A stretch of DNA of 64,000 nt from assembly GCA_050633305.1 (NCBI GenBank), contig JBOEGF010000007.1, positions 64,001-128,000 of the forward strand, read 5' to 3'. Both the position numbers and the translations under genes were made by a program. Origin of the DNA: Nannocystales bacterium (GTDB lineage Bacteria > Myxococcota_A > Polyangia > Nannocystales > Nannocystaceae). Of the stretch, positions 48,439-57,899 are shown piece by piece (positions within the stretch are counted from its first letter, which is position 1; every line of letters begins with the position of its first letter). Below the pieces are notes generated by a model, which saw only the letters and a list, made by a program, of their open reading frames with translations, ran no database searches and was not told the DNA's origin.

Positions 48439-48463
48439 ATCGCAGACCCGCCGCAGATGTTAC
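48439..48463 (-). promoter_or_regulatory. Candidate ECF-sigma promoter for the RiPP operon
   Basis: Minus strand GTAACA-N15-CGAT about 77 nt upstream of the precursor ATG; resembles GTAAC...CGAA-type ECF promoters. Confidence 0.4.
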
Positions 48464-48601
48464 GGCCACTTCGGGGGGCCGGATCGACAGAAATCTCCAC
48501 AATTTGGTCATCGATTGCCTGGGCGGACCGTGAACCGCCCGAAAAGGCTGCTGAACCGGGATTCCTGGACATTCGTCGCCCGTCGCGCTGCTATGCCTGC
48601 G

Positions 48602-49873
48602 ATGGGGTCCAAGAGTCGGTCCGCCGGTAGCCGCTTCGCACTTTCGTTGCTGCTGGTCCTGACGATCATCAACTTCCTGAACTACCTCGACCGGTACGTG
48701 CTGAGCGCCGTCCTCGAGGGAATCCGGACCGATCTGGGGTTCGACGACTCTCAGGGAGGATTGCTGGGCAGTGTCTTCATGGTCGTCTACACGATCGCGG
48801 CACCGGTTGGCGGCATCCTCGGAGACCGCTGGAACCGGAACCGGATGGTCGCGATCGGGGTCGGGCTGTGGAGCCTGGCGACGATCGGCAGCGGGATGGC
48901 GGAGAGCTACGGAGGCCTACTGACGATGCGCGCCCTGATCGGGGTGGGGGAGGCGGGCTACGCTACCGTCGCGCCGGCGATCATCGCGGATGTCTTCAGG
49001 CCTTCCGAACGCGGCCGCAAGCTCTCCATCTTCTACCTCGCCATCCCGATGGGGAGCGCGTTGGGCTACTTGCTCGGAGGCGCGGTCGGGGAGGCCTACG
49101 GCTGGCGTGCAGCGTTCTTCGTTGCGGGAACGCCTGGCCTGTTCTTCGCTGTGGTGGCGTTCTTCCTCCCGCATCCCAAGCGGGGGGCGATGGATGAAGG
49201 CGAAGTCGCGGCTGAGCTGCCGCTCGTCGAGGGCGTGAAACGTTTGTTCCGGACCCCGGCGTGGCGCATCAACACGATCGGCATGACGCTGATGACGTTC
49301 TCCATGGGCGGAATCGCCTTCTGGATGCCGACGTACCTCATCCGTGAGCAGGGGATGGATGAGGCCACGGGGAACATGATCTTCGGTGGCATCACGGTCG
49401 TGGCGGGATTGCTCGCGACGATCATCGGCGGAACGCTGGGGGACCGCGCCTTCGCCAAGCGGCAAGGAGGCTACTTCTCCGTCAGTGGCATGGGGTTGCT
49501 GCTGGGGGCACCGTTCGCGCTTGCCATGCCGCTGATGCCCAACACGACCGGCGTGTTCGTCTGCGCCTTCTGTGCGGAGTTTCTGTTGTTCTTGAACACC
49601 GGACCACTCAACGCAGCCTTGGTCGCCTGCGTGCCGTCGTCTCTGCGGGCCCGCTCGATGGCGATCAACGTGTTCTTCATTCACATGCTTGGAGACGCGC
49701 TCTCCCCGACGCTCATCGGGGTGGTGAGTGAAAATCGGGGGCTGTCGTTTGCCGTCGCACTGACTAGCATTCCGATCGCGATCGGAGGGTTCGTCTTGAT
49801 CCGCGGTGCACGCAAGGTCGATGCCCTCGCGGATGGCATCGGGACGGTCGATCCCGAACCCGCTAACCGGTAA
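48602..49873 (+). CDS. Spinster-family MFS transporter
   Basis: NFLNYLDRY, GDRWNR, RALIGVGEA, AIPMGSALGY and HMLGDALSP motifs. Confidence 0.92.
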   Translation: MGSKSRSAGSRFALSLLLVLTIINFLNYLDRYVLSAVLEGIRTDLGFDDSQGGLLGSVFMVVYTIAAPVGGILGDRWNRNRMVAIGVGLWSLATIGSGMAESYGGLLTMRALIGVGEAGYATVAPAIIADVFRPSERGRKLSIFYLAIPMGSALGYLLGGAVGEAYGWRAAFFVAGTPGLFFAVVAFFLPHPKRGAMDEGEVAAELPLVEGVKRLFRTPAWRINTIGMTLMTFSMGGIAFWMPTYLIREQGMDEATGNMIFGGITVVAGLLATIIGGTLGDRAFAKRQGGYFSVSGMGLLLGAPFALAMPLMPNTTGVFVCAFCAEFLLFLNTGPLNAALVACVPSSLRARSMAINVFFIHMLGDALSPTLIGVVSENRGLSFAVALTSIPIAIGGFVLIRGARKVDALADGIGTVDPEPANR

Positions 49874-51470
49874 GCGCCGGGTTGTGGGGTGTGGCGGGGA
49901 CCGACTCCCCCTTGCGCGGGAACTTGGAGACAGCCCGCTCGGCCAGTGCCGTGATCGTCAGGGAGGGGTTCACGCCAGGGTTGGCGGAGATCGATGCCCC
50001 GTCCATGACATACAGCCCCGGGTAGCCGTGGACCTCGTGGTCCGCGTCGATGACCCCCGTCTCGATGCTGTCGCCCATGCAGCATCCTCCGAGGATGTGT
50101 GCCGTGGTAGGGATGTTGAACAGTGTCTCGGTGAACATCGAGAACGGCATCCCATCGGTCTCCTGGCTAAACTGCTTGGCGAGTGCGGTGGCCTCGGGGA
50201 TCGATGCGGTCGGCAACTCTCCCTCACCCGGTGCGGTTCCAAGTCCGCCCCACCAGCGACGCTTGAGCCTCAGGGTGCCTTCGGTACTCCGCATGTACAG
50301 CAGAATTGCCGTCTGCTCCGCGAAGCTGCGAACCGTCACTGCCTTGAGAATCTGTAGCGGGTGACGGACACAGATCCCTGCGAGCTTGGCGATGCGAATG
50401 AAGGGATTGTCGCCCCCCACGTGCGGAGCCACGAGCAATCGGAACAGGCCCGAGCCCTTGGAGTACCGGACGGGTTCGAGGTGCGAGACGGCGTCGGTCT
50501 CGTAGATCGAGCCGATCGCGATGCCTTCGGACATGTCGACGTCCTTGTTGCGCGACACGATACCGATGAGTGCCTCGGAGTTGGTACGAACGCTGTGTCC
50601 CAGTCGCTCCGAGAGCTTGGGCAGGCAGCTCGCATCCCGCTTCTGGTCGAGCAACAGCCCGACGCTTCCCAGGACGCCCCCCGCGACGATGACCCGAGCC
50701 CCCGCGAACGAGACGGACTTCCGGAACCATCCGCGGCCTTGTTTGGCGTCGAGCTCGTAGCCGCCGCCGTCGCGAGGACGGATCTTGGTCACTTCGGTAT
50801 CGGCCTGCAGCTCGAGCCCATGCTTGCGCGCGAGGTAGAGGTAGTTCTTGTCGAGTGTGTTCTTGGCGTTGTGCCGACACCCGAGCATGCAGCCGCCGCA
50901 CTGGATGCATCCCGTGCGGCTGGGTCCTTCGCCATCGAAGAAGGGGTCCGCGGTGACCTTGCCGGGTTCGTCTCCGAAGTAGATGGCGACGTCTGTGCTG
51001 TGGAACGCATCAGGGTGGCCGTTGTCGGCCGCCATCTTCTTCAGGATCTTGTCCGGCGGCGTGAGCATCGGCGTCTGGGTGACGCCGAGCATGCGCTTGG
51101 CCTCGTCGTAGTGCTCGACGAGCTCGGTCTTCCAGTCCGCGAGGTGGGACCAACTGGGCGCCGCGAAGAAGGGATCCTTGGGCACGGGGTGTGTGCTCGC
51201 GTAGCCGAGCGAACCTCCGCCGACGCCGACCCCGGACAAGATGGTCACGTGCCGAAAGAACGACATCTTGAACAGGCCGCGGAAGCCCACCAGGGGCGCC
51301 CACATGTATCGCCGAAGGTCCCAGTTGGTCTTGGGGAAGTCCTTGGCTTTCAGCTCGCTGCCCTTCTCGACCATGAGCACGCGGTAGCCCTTCTCGACCA
51401 GGCGCAGCGCCGCTGTGCTGCCGCCGAAGCCGGATCCGATGATGATGAAGTCGTACGTTTCGTCGGCCAT
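49863..51470 (-). CDS. GMC oxidoreductase, cholesterol oxidase (ChoD)-like
   Basis: IIGSGFGG, GVGGGSL, CIQCGGCMLGC...AKNTLDKNYL, TAHILGG and GVNPSLTITALAER motifs. Confidence 0.92.
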   Translation of the reverse strand: MADETYDFIIIGSGFGGSTAALRLVEKGYRVLMVEKGSELKAKDFPKTNWDLRRYMWAPLVGFRGLFKMSFFRHVTILSGVGVGGGSLGYASTHPVPKDPFFAAPSWSHLADWKTELVEHYDEAKRMLGVTQTPMLTPPDKILKKMAADNGHPDAFHSTDVAIYFGDEPGKVTADPFFDGEGPSRTGCIQCGGCMLGCRHNAKNTLDKNYLYLARKHGLELQADTEVTKIRPRDGGGYELDAKQGRGWFRKSVSFAGARVIVAGGVLGSVGLLLDQKRDASCLPKLSERLGHSVRTNSEALIGIVSRNKDVDMSEGIAIGSIYETDAVSHLEPVRYSKGSGLFRLLVAPHVGGDNPFIRIAKLAGICVRHPLQILKAVTVRSFAEQTAILLYMRSTEGTLRLKRRWWGGLGTAPGEGELPTASIPEATALAKQFSQETDGMPFSMFTETLFNIPTTAHILGGCCMGDSIETGVIDADHEVHGYPGLYVMDGASISANPGVNPSLTITALAERAVSKFPRKGESVPATPHNPALTG

Positions 51471-51490
51471 CGTCCCGCGAACGGACCGTA

Positions 51491-52312
51491 TCACGCGGCC
51501 GCGAGCATCTCGGCGATGAGGGGCAGGGCGACTCCCGCCGGCGCGCGTAGCGTGAGCCCAACCCCCGAGGCCTCGGCAAGCTGGCCGAAGGGATTGTCGT
51601 CCGGGTTGATGTCGATCATCGGAACCCCGGCTCGGGCACAGCGTGTGCCGATCTGCATCGGTAGGTTTGTGGAGCCCGAGGTCCCAGCCACGATGAGGAG
51701 GTCAGCCTTCGCAGCCTGGGCGTACGCACTCCCGGAGCGGAACAGGGCCTCCTCGTAGCATTCGTCGAACCACAGGACGTGCGGACGCGCTTGCCCACCG
51801 CAGGCCGGGCACGACAGCGCGTCGTACGTGTGGTCGGACAAGGGCGTGTCCCGGTCGATCGGGGGCAAGTCGTCAGGCAACAGATACGTCGCGTCCGTGC
51901 ACCGTGAGGCGCATCGGTATCGGTCGATGTTTCCGTGGATCTCGAACGGGTCACGAGAGCCGGCCCGCGCGTGCAAGCCGTCGACATTCTGGGTGACGAG
52001 GACGAAGCGAGCGCCGAGTGCGGCTTCGATGCGGACGAGCGCTTCGTGGCCGGGGTTGGGGCTGGCACGGCGGCAGACGGTGCGGCGGTACAGATACCAG
52101 CGCCAGACCTCTCGCGGATGCTGGCCGAACGCTTCGAGGGTCGCGAGTTCTTGGGGGTGGTAGTTTCGCGAGCCGACCTGCCAATACCCCTGCGGCCCCC
52201 GAAACGTCGGGATTCCGCTCTCGGCGGAGATCCCGGCGCCGGTCAGCACGCACAGCCGGCCGCGGCCGGTCGAGAACGCGCCCAGCATCTCGCGCAGTGC
52301 CTCTTCGTCCAT
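51491..52312 (-). CDS. cobB: Sir2-family NAD-dependent deacylase
   Basis: TGAGISAESGIPTFRG, TQNVDGLH, HGN, Zn-binding Cys pairs, GTS and INP motifs. Confidence 0.93.
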   Translation of the reverse strand: MDEEALREMLGAFSTGRGRLCVLTGAGISAESGIPTFRGPQGYWQVGSRNYHPQELATLEAFGQHPREVWRWYLYRRTVCRRASPNPGHEALVRIEAALGARFVLVTQNVDGLHARAGSRDPFEIHGNIDRYRCASRCTDATYLLPDDLPPIDRDTPLSDHTYDALSCPACGGQARPHVLWFDECYEEALFRSGSAYAQAAKADLLIVAGTSGSTNLPMQIGTRCARAGVPMIDINPDDNPFGQLAEASGVGLTLRAPAGVALPLIAEMLAAA

Positions 52313-52343
52313 CGTTCGAGCATACGCTGATAGCCTCCGGCAC

Positions 52344-52742
52344 ATGAGCGAGCACCTCAACGCCGCGCAGCTCGAGCAACTCAAGGCCGACTTGCTGGGC
52401 CGTCGCGATCGTCTTCTGGAGCGGGGGGCCGTCGAGATTACTGAGGACGATCAGGCCGAGCCGATGGACAACCCCGAGAAGGTCGCCGGCGAGATGGCGC
52501 GGAGCGAGCAGTCGGCGCTGTCCGACATGGACCGTCGTCAGCTGGTCGAAGTGCAGTTTGCGCTCTCGCGGATGTCGGACGGTTCGTACGGCGAGTGCGA
52601 GGAGAGTGGAGAGCCGATTCCGTTCGGGCGGCTGCTCGCGGAGCCGACGACGCGATACACGGTGGAGGCGCAGGAGCAGGTCGAGGCGGACGCGTCCCGA
52701 GCCAAAGCCATCGGGCGCGACCCCGGCGGCAGCGCCTACTGA
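52344..52742 (+). CDS. DksA/TraR-family protein with degenerate (one-Cys) zinc finger
   Basis: ALSRMSDGSYGECEESGEPIPFGRLLAEPTTRYTVEAQE. Confidence 0.88.
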   Translation: MSEHLNAAQLEQLKADLLGRRDRLLERGAVEITEDDQAEPMDNPEKVAGEMARSEQSALSDMDRRQLVEVQFALSRMSDGSYGECEESGEPIPFGRLLAEPTTRYTVEAQEQVEADASRAKAIGRDPGGSAY

Positions 52743-52790
52743 ACCGGCTGAACTCGCCGTGTTGACTGCATGGTGGGGACAGCGCCTGCC

Positions 52791-53918
52791 TCAGCTGGGA
52801 GGCATCGTGTCTGTCTCGTCGGAGAGGCGCTTGCGAATCTCGAGCACCTCATCCATGGACCCGACGAACAGGTCGACGAGTTCGCCATCGAAGTGTTCGT
52901 TGCGTCCGTCGACGAGCAGCTTGAGCGCCCGCTCGAGCGGCCACGCCTTCTTGTAGGGTCGCTCGCTCGTCAGCGCATCGAAGACGTCGGCGACGGCAAC
53001 GATGCGACCTTCGATCGGAATCTCGTCGCCCTTGAGGCCGCGGGGGTAGCCACTGCCGTTGTACTTCTCGTGGTGTGTGTGCGCGATGGAGGCGGCGAGC
53101 TGGAGCAGCTTGGACTCGGAGCCTCCGAGGATTCGGTAGCCGATTTCCGCGTGCTTCTTCATCACCTCGTACTCGTCCGGCGTCAGCCGGCCGGGCTTGA
53201 GCAGGATGCTGTCGGGGATGCCGATCTTGCCCACGTCGTGCATGGGGCTGGCCGTTCGGATCATCTCGGAGGTGTAGTCGTCGAGCCCGACTTTGCGCGC
53301 GAGGAGTCGGGAGTACTCACTCATGCGCTGAAGGTGAGCAGCAGTCTCATCGTCGCGGAACTCTGCAGCCTTGGTGAGCCGCTCGATCGTCTGCACCTGT
53401 GCCGCTTCGAGTTCGCGCCGGGCACGGTCGAGCGCCATGCGGGCTTCGTGGAGCGCGCGCGTCTGGCCATCGACCTCGATGCGTAGGCGTGCACTCTCCT
53501 GCGCCATGCCGGCGCTGTGCCGGTTATGCGAGACGGAGTTTCGAATCCGTGCGCGTAGCTCTGCCTCGTCGAATGGCTTGGCGAGGAAGTCGTCGGCTCC
53601 GGCTTCGCGTGCCTCGCGACGTACCGAACGTTCGGAGGCTCCGCTGAGAAACACGACGGGCGTGTGGGCGTGACGCCCGGTCGAGCGTATGCGTTTACAC
53701 ACCTCTATGCCCGTCATGTCCGGCATGCGCATGTCGAGGAGGACGGTGTCGACGTCGTTGTGAGCGAGGGTCTCGAGGGCTTCGGTGCCGCCGTTCGCTT
53801 CGAGCACGTCGTACCCCTCGGCGCTGAGCACCTTGCGAATGACGCGACGAATCTGAACCTCATCGTCGACGACGAGGATGCGTCCCCGATCGGGCGCGGC
53901 TAGGGAATGCTCCTGCAC
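52791..53918 (-). CDS. Response regulator with HD-GYP cyclic-dinucleotide phosphodiesterase domain
   Basis: REC (VVDDE, LDMRMP, KPF) plus HDVGKIG, HHEKYNGSGYP and ADVFDALTSERPYK. Confidence 0.95.
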   Translation of the reverse strand: MQEHSLAAPDRGRILVVDDEVQIRRVIRKVLSAEGYDVLEANGGTEALETLAHNDVDTVLLDMRMPDMTGIEVCKRIRSTGRHAHTPVVFLSGASERSVRREAREAGADDFLAKPFDEAELRARIRNSVSHNRHSAGMAQESARLRIEVDGQTRALHEARMALDRARRELEAAQVQTIERLTKAAEFRDDETAAHLQRMSEYSRLLARKVGLDDYTSEMIRTASPMHDVGKIGIPDSILLKPGRLTPDEYEVMKKHAEIGYRILGGSESKLLQLAASIAHTHHEKYNGSGYPRGLKGDEIPIEGRIVAVADVFDALTSERPYKKAWPLERALKLLVDGRNEHFDGELVDLFVGSMDEVLEIRKRLSDETDTMPPS

Positions 53919-53981
53919 AGGACGACCATCGTATCGTTTTCAGTTCGCTCTCGGCAAAGGCTACGCAACGAGACTGGTAGC

Positions 53982-55031
53982 ATGAGGCCCCTGATGTACG
54001 TCCGACTCGGCACTCTGGCTCCCGCGGTTGTCACTGTCTTGGCCCTCGGGTTGGGCTGTTGGTCTGAACCACCCGCTCGGGCACCGTCCACGCCAAAACC
54101 CGGCCCGGCGTCCCGCACTTCGGATGTACCACCACCGGCTACTCCCGCGCCTGTGGCCGCACATGAAACCCCAAGCAGGTCCGGCGCTCACCGGCCAACT
54201 CGCTTCGAGGCCGCGGAGCGGATCGTCGCGGTGGGTGACGTTCATGGAGATGTGGACGCGACTCGACGTGTGCTCCGGCTCGCCGGGTTGATCGACGAAT
54301 CGGACCACTGGAGCGGAGGCAAGAGCGTGTTTGTGCAGACAGGCGACCAGCTCGATCGCGGCGATGACGAGCAGGAGATCCTCGACCTCCTGACGCAACT
54401 CGAGTCGGAAGCGGAGGCGGCGGGCGGCGCCGTGCACATCCTCAACGGAAATCACGAACTCATGAATGCCGCGGGTGACTTCCGGTACGTGACCCCAGGA
54501 GGCATGGCGGATTTTGCGGACGCTCCAGGGGTCGACGCAACGGCGGCACGCGTCCGCGAATTCCCCGAGTCGATGCGCTCGCGCGCCGCCGCGTTTCTCC
54601 CCGGCGGGGCGTACGCCAAGGTGCTTGCGACCCGGAATACCGCGGTCGTCGTGGGAGACAGTGTCTTCGTGCACGGCGGCGTCCTGCCCAAGTACGCGCC
54701 CAAGCTGAAGGCGCTCAACGAAGCGGGACGCTTGTGGCTGTCTCAGGGTGGACAACCTCCAGCCGAACTGCTCGCGCCCGACGGGCTCGTGTGGCTTCGG
54801 GACTATTCCGTTCCGGAGCCGACCTCCAAAGCCTGCGCCGATCTCGACGCCGCGTTGGCCGAACTCGAGGTTGCGCGCATGGTCGTTGGCCATACGGTGC
54901 AGGCTCGGGGCGTGACTTCGGCGTGTGACGACAAGGTTTGGCGCATCGACGTCGGGATGGCCAAACACTATGGCGGTATGCCGGCCGCCCTCGAGATCAA
55001 GGGAGACCAACTCACCGTGCTGACCGAGTGA
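53982..55031 (+). CDS. Shewanella-like (Shelph) PPP-family metallophosphatase, lipoprotein
   Basis: Lipobox LALGLG-C; GDVHG, GDQLDRG, GNHE, HGG, VVGHT and IDVG motifs. Confidence 0.9.
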   Translation: MRPLMYVRLGTLAPAVVTVLALGLGCWSEPPARAPSTPKPGPASRTSDVPPPATPAPVAAHETPSRSGAHRPTRFEAAERIVAVGDVHGDVDATRRVLRLAGLIDESDHWSGGKSVFVQTGDQLDRGDDEQEILDLLTQLESEAEAAGGAVHILNGNHELMNAAGDFRYVTPGGMADFADAPGVDATAARVREFPESMRSRAAAFLPGGAYAKVLATRNTAVVVGDSVFVHGGVLPKYAPKLKALNEAGRLWLSQGGQPPAELLAPDGLVWLRDYSVPEPTSKACADLDAALAELEVARMVVGHTVQARGVTSACDDKVWRIDVGMAKHYGGMPAALEIKGDQLTVLTE

Positions 55032-55052
55032 GGTCCGCGGGCAGGAGCCCGT

Positions 55053-55628
55053 TCACAGGCACATCGAGCACTCGTTCTCGGCGCACTGGACGTAGTCGTA
55101 GAAAAGCCCGACGCCTCCGGGGTACACCGCCGCGCAGTCCTCGAAGCACAAGTCGTACTCCTCCTGCGAGGCGCTGAACTCCGCGCACGTGTTCGAACAG
55201 TCGATGAGCGCCGTGCACTCCATGTCGTCGGCGCACTGCTGGGCCTCGAACGCGCATCCTTGGACGGCCGCACACGCGTAACAAGTCTCGCAGTCGCTGG
55301 GGTCGTCGCACGCGAACCCGGTGCTCCCCCAGCCGGACGAGCCGAACGAGCCGGAAGAGGCATCGGCACCGGTCATGCCCGTGGAGCCCACGCTTGTGCC
55401 GCCGTCGGGCCCGGAGCCGTTGGAGGTCCCGGAGGTCGTGGACTGGGAGCCCGCGGAAGGGTCCGGGCTGGACGTCGCGCCGGAGCCCATCGGCGCAGAC
55501 GTGGTGCTTCCCGCAGACTCGGAGTCGCCAGAGGTCGCGTTGTCGTCGTCGTCACCGACATCGATGTCGAGGTCGCATCCGGCGCCGACTCCAAGCAAAA
55601 GCGAAAGCAAGAGCGCGTAGTTCTTCAC
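55053..55628 (-). CDS. Lipoprotein with Ser/Thr/Gly linker and C-terminal Cys-rich domain
   Basis: Lipobox GVGAG-C; a dense run of Cys in the last ~85 aa. Confidence 0.8.
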   Translation of the reverse strand: MKNYALLLSLLLGVGAGCDLDIDVGDDDDNATSGDSESAGSTTSAPMGSGATSSPDPSAGSQSTTSGTSNGSGPDGGTSVGSTGMTGADASSGSFGSSGWGSTGFACDDPSDCETCYACAAVQGCAFEAQQCADDMECTALIDCSNTCAEFSASQEEYDLCFEDCAAVYPGGVGLFYDYVQCAENECSMCL

Positions 55629-55695
55629 GGAGAGCAGACGTCACGACGCTCGGGACCGTCGCACACGTCGTCACACCTCCGCGCAGAACACCGCT

Positions 55696-56934
55696 CTAGG
55701 CGTCGTCCCACTTGATCTGTCCGGCGCGCGCGATGGCGAGGGCCTCGCATCGCAGCACCTCGACGAAGCCTTGGCTGCTCTTCGGGTCGAGTCCGTCGGA
55801 TGCCTCCATGCTGGCGTCGGCGGGGTTGTACAGCGACGCGTCGCAGTCGGTGAGGCTCTGGAAGTAGAGGTTGCCCTTGTACATGCCCAGCTTGACGGTC
55901 GCAGAGGCATGGGACGCCAACACGTCGATGCCGGCCATCGCTGCCCGACCGCCGGGGTCGTACAGGCGAGCATCGTAGATCTGCTCCGCGACCAGCCGAG
56001 ACATGCTGTGGAACAGGCCCGTGGAGCGCCGGTCCATCGTCGTTTGATAGACCGCTCGCAAGCCGAAGCCCAGCAGTTCGAGCCCCGGTGCCTCGTACAC
56101 GCCGCGGCTCTTCGTGCCGATGATGCGATTCTCGAGTGCGTTGCTCAGGCCGATGCCGTTGCGGCCCGCGATCTGGTTGGCCCGCTGCATAATGTCGAGC
56201 GCGTCACCGTCTTCGCCGTTGATCGAAACACATCGACCGCCTTCGAACCGGAGGGTCACGTCCTCGGTGCGGTCGGGAGCGTCGTGCGGCCACACGCACA
56301 TGATCGGGTCGACGATCAGGCAGCTCGTCGTGAGCTCCTCGAGGTCTTCAGCTTCGTGGCTGAGACCCGCGAGGTTGGCATCGGTGCTGTACCGCTTCTT
56401 GGTGAGCTTGGCCTCAATGCCCTTGTCCTGAAGATACTCAGCCATCTGCTTTCGGCCGGGGAACTGCTCGAGCAGTTCCGGGTCTCGCCAAGGGGCATAC
56501 ACGCCGAAGTCGGGCGCGAGCGTGTTGGTGTAGCGCTCGAACCGGATCTGGTCGTTGCCGCGTCCGGTCGCCCCGTGCACGAGGACATCGCAGCCGTGCT
56601 CACGCATGGCGCTCAGCAGACCCTTGACGGTGACCGCCCGGGCGATGCCGGTCGTGTTCCAGTAGCCCCCGTCGTACATCGCCTGGGCGCGCACCATCAT
56701 GAAGCAGGCCTCAGCCATCTGGGACTTGAGGTCGACGATGAAGGTCTCGGCACCGGCGGGCTTCATGCGCTCGCGGATGTCTTCGATGTTGGACTCGTCG
56801 GGTTGCCCGAGGTCGGCAGTGAAGCACACGACGTCACAGCCGGCCTCTTTGAGCCGCAGCGTGACGGTTTTGGAGTCGAGTCCACCCGACACGCAGATGC
56901 CGAGCTTCTTTCCGTGGAGATCCGAGAGACGCAC
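55696..56934 (-). CDS. argG: Argininosuccinate synthase
   Basis: SGGLDS, HGATGRGNDQIRF, YSTDANL and KSRGVYEAPG motifs. Confidence 0.97.
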   Translation of the reverse strand: MRLSDLHGKKLGICVSGGLDSKTVTLRLKEAGCDVVCFTADLGQPDESNIEDIRERMKPAGAETFIVDLKSQMAEACFMMVRAQAMYDGGYWNTTGIARAVTVKGLLSAMREHGCDVLVHGATGRGNDQIRFERYTNTLAPDFGVYAPWRDPELLEQFPGRKQMAEYLQDKGIEAKLTKKRYSTDANLAGLSHEAEDLEELTTSCLIVDPIMCVWPHDAPDRTEDVTLRFEGGRCVSINGEDGDALDIMQRANQIAGRNGIGLSNALENRIIGTKSRGVYEAPGLELLGFGLRAVYQTTMDRRSTGLFHSMSRLVAEQIYDARLYDPGGRAAMAGIDVLASHASATVKLGMYKGNLYFQSLTDCDASLYNPADASMEASDGLDPKSSQGFVEVLRCEALAIARAGQIKWDDA

Positions 56935-56968
56935 GATGACGGGAGCCTACGCGTCGGGGCCGGCTGAT

Positions 56969-57027
56969 GCCACATAGTTATGCGTGAAAACTCTCATTTA
57001 TGCGCATGTTTGCAATTAGTATGCGGT
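56969..57027. promoter_or_regulatory. Three tandem ARG-box-like operator sites upstream of argG
   Basis: AT-rich patch with TATGCG at 56979, 56999 and 57020; the 20-21 bp period matches 18-bp ARG boxes with 2-3 bp spacers. Confidence 0.55.
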
Positions 57028-57106
57028 CGAGCAGGGCTCGGACACCAAAGCCAGCCCCCGCGAAGTACCCGTCGCTTCAGGGGCCGGCCTCCCGAGGTTG
57101 GGCAGG

Positions 57107-57892
57107 CTACGCGTCGAGGACGGTGAGTCGGCCGCGCGAGCTCGGGGCGACCCGCTCCACGCCGGGGTCGAGCAGGTGACTTGGCCGCACGTTCCGCAGC
57201 GCGTTGAGCATGACCGAGCGTACGTTCGGGTTGTCCGCTTCGAGCGCGGTGAGCATCTCGCCCATCTTTTCGCGGCGTAGCCCCGCCTGTGAGCCGCATA
57301 GGTTGCACGGTAAGATCGGGTAGCCGGCCTCTTGGGCATGCTCGATGATCTCGGACTCCGGGGACTCGATGAGCGGCCGGATCACCTCGAAGCGCCCGTC
57401 GTCGGTCGTGTAGATCGCCGGCATCGCTTGCAGCTTCCCCGAGTAGAAGAGGTTGAGCATCAGGGTCTCGAGCGCGTCGTCCCGGTGGTGCCCCAGCGCA
57501 AGCTTGTTGCAGCCGAGTCGCTCGGCCGTGTTGTAAAGGATGCCGCGGCGCAGTCGGGAACAGGGGCCGCAATAGCTCTTGCCCTCGTCCACGACCCGGA
57601 TGACGGTGCTGTACGTGTCCTTCTCGACGATCTCGAAGGGCGCAGAGAAACGCTCGAGCCACCCGCGCAGCGGGGCGCCGTCGTAGCCGGGCTGGCCCTG
57701 GTCGAGGTGGACGGCTGTGATCTGAAAGTCGAACGGAGCTCGCTTCCGGGCCTCCCACAACAGGTCGAGCAGGGTGTAGCTGTCCTTGCCGCCAGAGACG
57801 CAGACCATGATGTGGTCGCCGGCCTTGACCAGTCCGTACGCGGCGATGGTCTTGGTCATCGACCGAGCGAGGCGTTTTCGTGCAGCGAACAT
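57107..57892 (-). CDS. ttcA: tRNA 2-thiocytidine(32) synthetase
   Basis: SGGKDS, CGPCSRLRRG, GHHRDD and PCNLCGSQ motifs. Confidence 0.97.
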   Translation of the reverse strand: MFAARKRLARSMTKTIAAYGLVKAGDHIMVCVSGGKDSYTLLDLLWEARKRAPFDFQITAVHLDQGQPGYDGAPLRGWLERFSAPFEIVEKDTYSTVIRVVDEGKSYCGPCSRLRRGILYNTAERLGCNKLALGHHRDDALETLMLNLFYSGKLQAMPAIYTTDDGRFEVIRPLIESPESEIIEHAQEAGYPILPCNLCGSQAGLRREKMGEMLTALEADNPNVRSVMLNALRNVRPSHLLDPGVERVAPSSRGRLTVLDA

Positions 57893-57899
57893 GGCGGGC

